Assembly (NCBI GenBank): GCA_963662795.1
Contig: OY759746.1
Location: forward strand, 3,648,001-3,712,000
Source: Spirochaetia bacterium
GTDB lineage: Bacteria > Spirochaetota > Spirochaetia > CADAEX01
Direction of reading: 5' to 3'
Length of the DNA: 64,000 nucleotides
Shown here: positions 58,795 to 64,000 of the stretch, piece by piece
Numbering within the stretch: the stretch's first letter is position 1
Layout of the letters: each line of letters starts with the position of its first letter
Made by a program: the position numbers and the translations under genes
The notes under the pieces: model-generated
What the model was told of the DNA's origin: nothing
What the model saw: the letters and a program-made list of their open reading frames with translations, nothing else
The model's database searches: none

Positions 58795-60425
58795 TTATAA
58801 TCTTTTAAATCCTTTCCGTTTTCAAGATACTCAAGAAGTGTTTCTACAATCCACACTCCCCCCTGAACGCTGCCGCGTGCCACACTTTTCCAAAAAAGGC
58901 CCCCGACGGCAAAAGAACTGCCTATATCCGCTTTTTCTGCAAACCTTATGTTTGCATGATATTCTATCTGCTTTAACACATTATCCAGTGTCCGGCCCTG
59001 CCAGTCCTTACCCTGGTCTCCAACTCCTGATTCCGGCATAATTACATAAAGCGGGTGCTTAATTATATCAATATCCTGAATATTTCCGTAATAATCAGGC
59101 ATTTCAAGAGCTGAACAGCCGGGATTGAATGCATCAGGAATCCATGATTCCTTTTCATTGAATATAAAATTAAATGTCATCTCTCCGCACGGTTTTAATT
59201 TTACAAATATATCACGGCATGCCTGTTCTGCCCCGTAAACAGCTTTCTCTCTATCTCTGTGAACTGCAATTACACTACCGCATTTTTCAACATTATTTTT
59301 TGGAAAATTTACAACATTGCCCGGTTTTACATTTATAAATAATTCTTTTAATACAGTATCTTTATTTCGGTTACTTATGCTTTTCTGAATAATTTCAGGA
59401 ATAAAGACTGAGTCAACAATACCGGGTATTGAGATAAAAGCTCTTTCAGCAGCAGTATTTATATAGCTGTAATCAACTGCTCCCGGATCGTTTCCAACTG
59501 CAATATCGATAGCAGCGTCAATAACGGAAAAACCTGTCGAATAAGGGAATGTCCACCCGGACATATAACCCCCTGAAAGCCTGGCTGCAATTTCACCGAC
59601 AACAGCTCCCTTTCTGCTGTATTTGATATCTCCCTTTGCAGATCCGTTATCTATACCTATGGCTTTTATACCGTCGCAGAAGACTTTTGAGATATTCTCT
59701 GAAGCCTCCTTCGTCAAAACAGCAGGCATTGTATGCCCCATTTCCACAAAATAGGGGGGGAAAAATATATGGCGGTCTGCAATACCGCAGACAGATATTT
59801 TTCCGTCTTTTATAACTGCATCAAGACTGTATTCCGGCCCTTCAATAAATTGTTCTATAATTACCTTTCCTGTTCTTGAATGAATATATGCTGAGTCAAA
59901 TGCCTCTCCAAGCTGAAGGCTGTCGTCTACCCTGACTGTACCGCGCGCGCCCATGCTGTCAACAGGTTTTACAACAAGAGGAAATCCAAGTTTCCGGACC
60001 AAAGCCTCATCAATGTTTCTGTTTTCAGTTATCAGCCAGGCAGGAGACGGAACATTACTGGAGAGAAATGCCTGCCTCATAAGCGATTTGTCAGTAGCTT
60101 TAATTGATGTTTCATAGCTTATGGATTTAAGACCGAGCTGAGTGGAAAGCCAGGCAACAATATATGAAAAATCAGTACCGGCGGTAAATACACCTGCAAT
60201 TTCATACTCTTTCCTGTAGCTGAGGCATTTTTCAAGCAGGGCATCACGGTTTTTCAGGTCTATATTTTCAAAATGGTCAGAGGAAGAAGCTCCCTGTGCT
60301 TTGCAGTTCCCGTCAAAGACTATTGTCATATACCCCTTGCGTTTTGCAGACTCTATGGCCGGTATCTGCATAATCCCTGCTCCAAGAATTACAATAGCTT
60401 TTTTTGCTTCAACAGCTTCAATCAT
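58788..60425 (-). CDS. ATP-grasp domain protein
   Basis: ILGAGIMQ, TAGTD, VVKPVDSMGARG, EQFIEGPEYS, EIAARLSGG. Confidence 0.88.
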   Translation of the reverse strand: MIEAVEAKKAIVILGAGIMQIPAIESAKRKGYMTIVFDGNCKAQGASSSDHFENIDLKNRDALLEKCLSYRKEYEIAGVFTAGTDFSYIVAWLSTQLGLKSISYETSIKATDKSLMRQAFLSSNVPSPAWLITENRNIDEALVRKLGFPLVVKPVDSMGARGTVRVDDSLQLGEAFDSAYIHSRTGKVIIEQFIEGPEYSLDAVIKDGKISVCGIADRHIFFPPYFVEMGHTMPAVLTKEASENISKVFCDGIKAIGIDNGSAKGDIKYSRKGAVVGEIAARLSGGYMSGWTFPYSTGFSVIDAAIDIAVGNDPGAVDYSYINTAAERAFISIPGIVDSVFIPEIIQKSISNRNKDTVLKELFINVKPGNVVNFPKNNVEKCGSVIAVHRDREKAVYGAEQACRDIFVKLKPCGEMTFNFIFNEKESWIPDAFNPGCSALEMPDYYGNIQDIDIIKHPLYVIMPESGVGDQGKDWQGRTLDNVLKQIEYHANIRFAEKADIGSSFAVGGLFWKSVARGSVQGGVWIVETLLEYLENGKDLKDYKW

Positions 60426-62229
60426 TCGCCGGCCCTGCCTTTACTGCATAAATTTCAAACGTATCACCCAGCCGGAATATTCTGCTGATAACGCCCAGAA
60501 ACATCCTTCCAGCCGTAATTTCAAGGAAGCGGGGGAACCTTTCAGGATGGTGTCCTGTGGACCTTACCCTGATTATTCTGAATCCGTATTGCGGAAGAAG
60601 GCAGCAGGCTGTTTTAATGTTCCATATTGTAAAGTGATCATCAGGACTTGATTCAAGAAATCCTGAAATATTTTTCCTGCCGCTTATACCTGAATAATTC
60701 GGAGTGGAAAATGCAAAGAGACCGCCTTCGTTAAGCATACCGTGTATTTTTCTTATGATTTTATCTGTATTTTTGAAATGCTCGATGACATACCACATAG
60801 TTATTATATCGTAATTTCCTTCAGGAGAGAGAACCTCTTTTTTTATTTCTGTTGCCGCAGGGTAAGGCAAAGAAGAGGATGATGCAAAATCAAAAGTGAA
60901 TGCGTTTATTCCAAGCTCCTCTCTGACATATCTTACAGCATCTTCGGATATGTCAATTCCTGTACAGTCATACCCTTTTTTATTCATGACATCAAGAAAA
61001 GGGCCGTAAGCGCATCCGACATCGAGTATTTTTCCTGATGTCTTGATTTTTTCTATTATTTTATGACGGCTGATACAATTAACTGAAATATTGTTAAAAT
61101 CCTCAAGATATGTTTTACCATACTGTTTTTTATATTCCTCAAAAAAATAGGATTTATTGTATATTTCTGAATCCTTTGAAACAGCTTCTGTCTTCTGAAG
61201 AAAATAAATGCCGCACTTCCTGCATTTAATGTAGTTTTTTTTCAGAAACCTCTTGAATATTTTTCCTTCATTTCTGCATATGGGACAAACTGTTTTTTCT
61301 GTCTCTGCAGTATTTTTAAAAAGTTCCATAATATCAGAGGGCGGATCAAGTAATTTTATTGCTCTTTCATCATAAAGAAGAGGGGTTTCAAGAATCCGTT
61401 TAATCTTCTTGATATCCCCGTTAATTATACCTGCTTCATATATTCCTGCAATAAGGGACAGTTTCCTGTGATATCCTGACGGATTGATCAAAATTACATG
61501 CTTTCCGGAATAAAGGGCTTCGTAAGCAGTAAGACCGAATGAGGTAAAAACAAGATCAGCTTCGTCAATTAAATCTTCGATTCCTTTAGGAGATTCAACA
61601 ATGTTGAAAAAACCGTATTTATCCTTTATTTCGCTTTTATTTTTAAAAAAAGGACCTGTTACAACTGTTACCTTAAGATTTTCAAAAAGACTGAACCTGA
61701 TTGCATCGCTTAAAAACCGCTCTGTAATACCGGCAGGATCTTCCCCTCCAAAGGATATTAATACAGATGAATATTTATCTATTCTGCCGGAAGAAAGCAG
61801 GGTTTCTCTTTTATCCGGAATACCAAGCAGACCGGTTGAAGTAATATTGCTCCTTACGCCGGTATTATAGGGATTCGGCAGAGTATCAATAAGGTAGTCA
61901 AAGTTTCTCCTCCAGATACCTCCCTCGTCTACACCTGTGAGAATTATAGATATATTTCTGCATTTTTCTATCAGCTGTACCGGAGTTCTCCTCATGTCAA
62001 GAACAGACATATCCCAGCGTCCCTCCAAAACTGATACAATCTTTTTATTATCAGACAAATGAGCGGATGCGAATTCAGAATTACTTTCAGACAGGTACTC
62101 TTTGAGCCTTTGTTCAGGTATATAGATATAACCTTCATAAAGCGGTGACTCTGCCCAGAGACAGCATCTTCGCAAATGGCCGCTTCCGTTACCTTTTTCA
62201 GATGAAGGGATAAAAAGTATTTTTTTCAT
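60418..62229 (-). CDS. PseG/SpsG-like GT-B domain fused to a Zn-ribbon class I SAM methyltransferase
   Basis: GNGSGHLRRC, LISFGGEDP, FGLTAYEA; CPIC...CRKC; ILDVGCAYG, WYVIEH, FSTPN. Confidence 0.8.
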   Translation of the reverse strand: MKKILFIPSSEKGNGSGHLRRCCLWAESPLYEGYIYIPEQRLKEYLSESNSEFASAHLSDNKKIVSVLEGRWDMSVLDMRRTPVQLIEKCRNISIILTGVDEGGIWRRNFDYLIDTLPNPYNTGVRSNITSTGLLGIPDKRETLLSSGRIDKYSSVLISFGGEDPAGITERFLSDAIRFSLFENLKVTVVTGPFFKNKSEIKDKYGFFNIVESPKGIEDLIDEADLVFTSFGLTAYEALYSGKHVILINPSGYHRKLSLIAGIYEAGIINGDIKKIKRILETPLLYDERAIKLLDPPSDIMELFKNTAETEKTVCPICRNEGKIFKRFLKKNYIKCRKCGIYFLQKTEAVSKDSEIYNKSYFFEEYKKQYGKTYLEDFNNISVNCISRHKIIEKIKTSGKILDVGCAYGPFLDVMNKKGYDCTGIDISEDAVRYVREELGINAFTFDFASSSSLPYPAATEIKKEVLSPEGNYDIITMWYVIEHFKNTDKIIRKIHGMLNEGGLFAFSTPNYSGISGRKNISGFLESSPDDHFTIWNIKTACCLLPQYGFRIIRVRSTGHHPERFPRFLEITAGRMFLGVISRIFRLGDTFEIYAVKAGPAND

Positions 62230-62945
62230 GATTTTCTATTACTGTCGGGATGGGGATTCTTTTTAAGCCAGTCAATAAGCCGTTCAGTACTTTCTGTCAA
62301 ACAATCAGTTCCGGTTATATTATCAATTTCAAAGATTCTCTTTATATAAAGATAATCATTCATGGTATCCATGGTTATCCTGCCGTCCGGATATATTGAT
62401 CTGATATCAGCTTCAGGATGATTCAGCTTATACAATGACGGTCTGCGGTAAAGATAAGGAGTAACATGCTCCCTTTCGTACGGATCAGTGGCATTTTTTT
62501 CCGCCTCCAGCAATTTTTCTGATTTTACTATCTCAACCCCGGCGCCCAGAGGCATTCCTGTGAACCAGCTGTGATCCGCATTTTTTTCAATATGCTCTGA
62601 AAGAATAAACTGCGCCTGGCGGTAAAACACCAGTGGATTATCTCCTGTAGCCCTTACAAAGTTAAGAGGAGAGTATTTTTCAACCGCAAGGGCAAATCTT
62701 TTTAAAACATCATCAGCAGGACCCTCCATAATCTCAAATCCGTACTTCTGTGTTTCCTTTTCAAGTATAGCAAAACTGTCGCGGTCGGTGAGAACAACAT
62801 AATTATCTGCCTTTATTCTTTTCAGCCTGATCATGGCCCTGCCGAGCGCCGTTATTCCATTAAGATCAAAAAGAGCTTTGGAAGGGAGCCGCGTTGAACC
62901 GATACGGGCCTGCAGAAAAACAGCTACATTTCCGGATCTGACCAT
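62226..62945 (-). CDS. SpsF/NeuA-like acylneuraminate cytidylyltransferase
   Basis: QARIGSTRLPSK, DDVLKRF, RATGDNP, REHVTPY. Confidence 0.88.
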   Translation of the reverse strand: MVRSGNVAVFLQARIGSTRLPSKALFDLNGITALGRAMIRLKRIKADNYVVLTDRDSFAILEKETQKYGFEIMEGPADDVLKRFALAVEKYSPLNFVRATGDNPLVFYRQAQFILSEHIEKNADHSWFTGMPLGAGVEIVKSEKLLEAEKNATDPYEREHVTPYLYRRPSLYKLNHPEADIRSIYPDGRITMDTMNDYLYIKRIFEIDNITGTDCLTESTERLIDWLKKNPHPDSNRKS

Positions 62946-63889
62946 AGTTCTGTTAACCCTCTGCAGTCAAAATTAAAACGGTATTTATTAAGTTCAACCC
63001 ATTTTTTTGCTTCATTAAAATTATTTTTTGCCGTAAAAAAACTTTCACCCGACCTTAACAGATACTGTATAAATTTTGATCCGGGCAGATAACCTGAATC
63101 ACCGTTAAACCTTACTGCAAGATTTTTCAGGTAAAACATCCTGTAATATCTGTCAACAGAGGAATCATCTGTAATAAAATCTGAAGTATAGGCCGACTGA
63201 AGGCTTGTATTGCAGACAATTCTTCCGCCCCACATGTTTACCCTGAACCCGAAATCCATCTTCTGCCAGTACTGGTTCAGGATTGAGTAATCATACCCGC
63301 CGCTGTAAAGAAATTTCTCCCTGTTGTAAATACCGCAATAATCAAACGGGAACAGGGTGATTGCACCGTTTTTTTTGGGAACAGTATAAATAATCTTGAG
63401 ATTCCGTTTTTTAAATGCCGGTATCACTATTGAAGGGACTATTTCGTTTCCTGAAGTTCTCAACACCGGGACAGTACAGATAGATTCTTCATGCTGCAGG
63501 TTTTCAACTAGCCTTACAGATACTGATGATGGAGAAAGTTTCATATTATTCCATACTGTATATACATATTCGCTTTTTGCCTCTTCAAGCCCGAGATTTA
63601 TCTGCTCTCCGGGGCTGCAGCTTTCCTGAAGCAGGAGGAATTTAACAAAAGGGAATTTTCTTGAAATGCTTTCAACATCATAGTTTACACCGGGATTTTC
63701 TATGGATATTACCTCAGCAAAACCAAGGCTTTCAATTTCCTTTAAAAAATCAGTTTTAAATATGGATTTTCCCCTGTTAAGGACAAGAAGAGAAAGGCGT
63801 TCAAAATGTCTTTTCCCTCCGCTTCCTCCGTCCCCGAGGACTGTATAGGGAATCCGCGCCCTTTTAGAAGTTGTAGGTATAGTATTCAT
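62924..63889 (-). CDS. Conserved hypothetical protein, GT2-like fold
   Basis: GEQINLG, GGYDYSILNQYWQKMDFGFR. Start placed at MNTIPTT, overlapping the end of the upstream gene. Confidence 0.65.
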   Translation of the reverse strand: MNTIPTTSKRARIPYTVLGDGGSGGKRHFERLSLLVLNRGKSIFKTDFLKEIESLGFAEVISIENPGVNYDVESISRKFPFVKFLLLQESCSPGEQINLGLEEAKSEYVYTVWNNMKLSPSSVSVRLVENLQHEESICTVPVLRTSGNEIVPSIVIPAFKKRNLKIIYTVPKKNGAITLFPFDYCGIYNREKFLYSGGYDYSILNQYWQKMDFGFRVNMWGGRIVCNTSLQSAYTSDFITDDSSVDRYYRMFYLKNLAVRFNGDSGYLPGSKFIQYLLRSGESFFTAKNNFNEAKKWVELNKYRFNFDCRGLTELWSDPEM

Positions 63890-64000
63890 CACACTTCCCG
63901 CATATTCCTGAATAATTGGATTCCAGTTGTTCAAGATAGTATTTTTCCCCTTCTCTCCATATTTCTTCCATATCGTCTGTAAAGATATTGCCGAGTACTC
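63864..64000 (-). CDS. C-terminus of a SPASM-domain protein (spiro-SPASM-like), partial
   Basis: Frame from 63998: VLGNIFTDDMEEIW...ICGKCDEYYTYNF*, containing the SPASM GN..IW..CxxC signature. Not in the ORF track. Confidence 0.8.
   Translation of the reverse strand, partial: VLGNIFTDDMEEIWREGEKYYLEQLESNYSGICGKCDEYYTYNF

Larger units (their letters stand above)
343..63835. repeat. Dispersed 11-mer CCTCCGTCCCY, 11 exact copies
   Basis: The 10-mer core lies at 343-352(-), 5237-5246(+), 5273-5282(+), 12160-12169(-), 13174-13183(+), 13815-13824(+), 15927-15936(+), 22635-22644(+), 23411-23420(+), 58532-58541(+) and 63825-63834(+). Every copy is followed by C or T. Confidence 0.9.

Noticed and set aside
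5-63629. Numerous short antisense or overlapping ORFs in the ORF track
   Set aside because: They are shadows of longer, well-supported genes with no recognisable motifs, except those used above as pseudogene fragments.
343-63835. GGGACGGAGG as a Shine-Dalgarno sequence, CRISPR repeat or codon artefact
   Set aside because: The copies are not in front of start codons, are not regularly spaced with spacers, and occur in different frames and on both strands.

Overview
AT-rich bacterial DNA, almost certainly from a spirochaete, judging by flaA, the cheA-cheW/CheR fusion-cheX-cheY operon and a spiro-SPASM C-terminus. From left to right the window holds: a GT2/ATP-grasp/NitT-TauT ABC operon and a GT-C membrane glycosyltransferase; a six-gene sulfur-relay operon (split YeeE, TusA/YeeD, an atypical TrxB fusion and two exported rhodaneses); a U32 hydroxylase; a RAYT-like Y1 HUH transposase; ilvD and an aminotransferase; a decayed NhaC-family gene; phoBR; SpoIID; a partly decayed ars locus; a ~23 kb signalling island (6 histidine kinases, 13 REC domains, orphan CheR/CheB, HD-GYP, a decayed B12-binding gene) ending at tRNA-Val(GAC); the che/flaA operons; and a nonulosonate-type glycosylation locus. 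The most striking unexplained signal is an 11-mer, CCTCCGTCCC(C/T). I found 11 exact copies by eye, on both strands and in different reading frames. Two copies form an inverted pair around the RAYT gene, and I saw none between about 23.5 and 58.5 kb. All calls are by manual reading; no searches were run.
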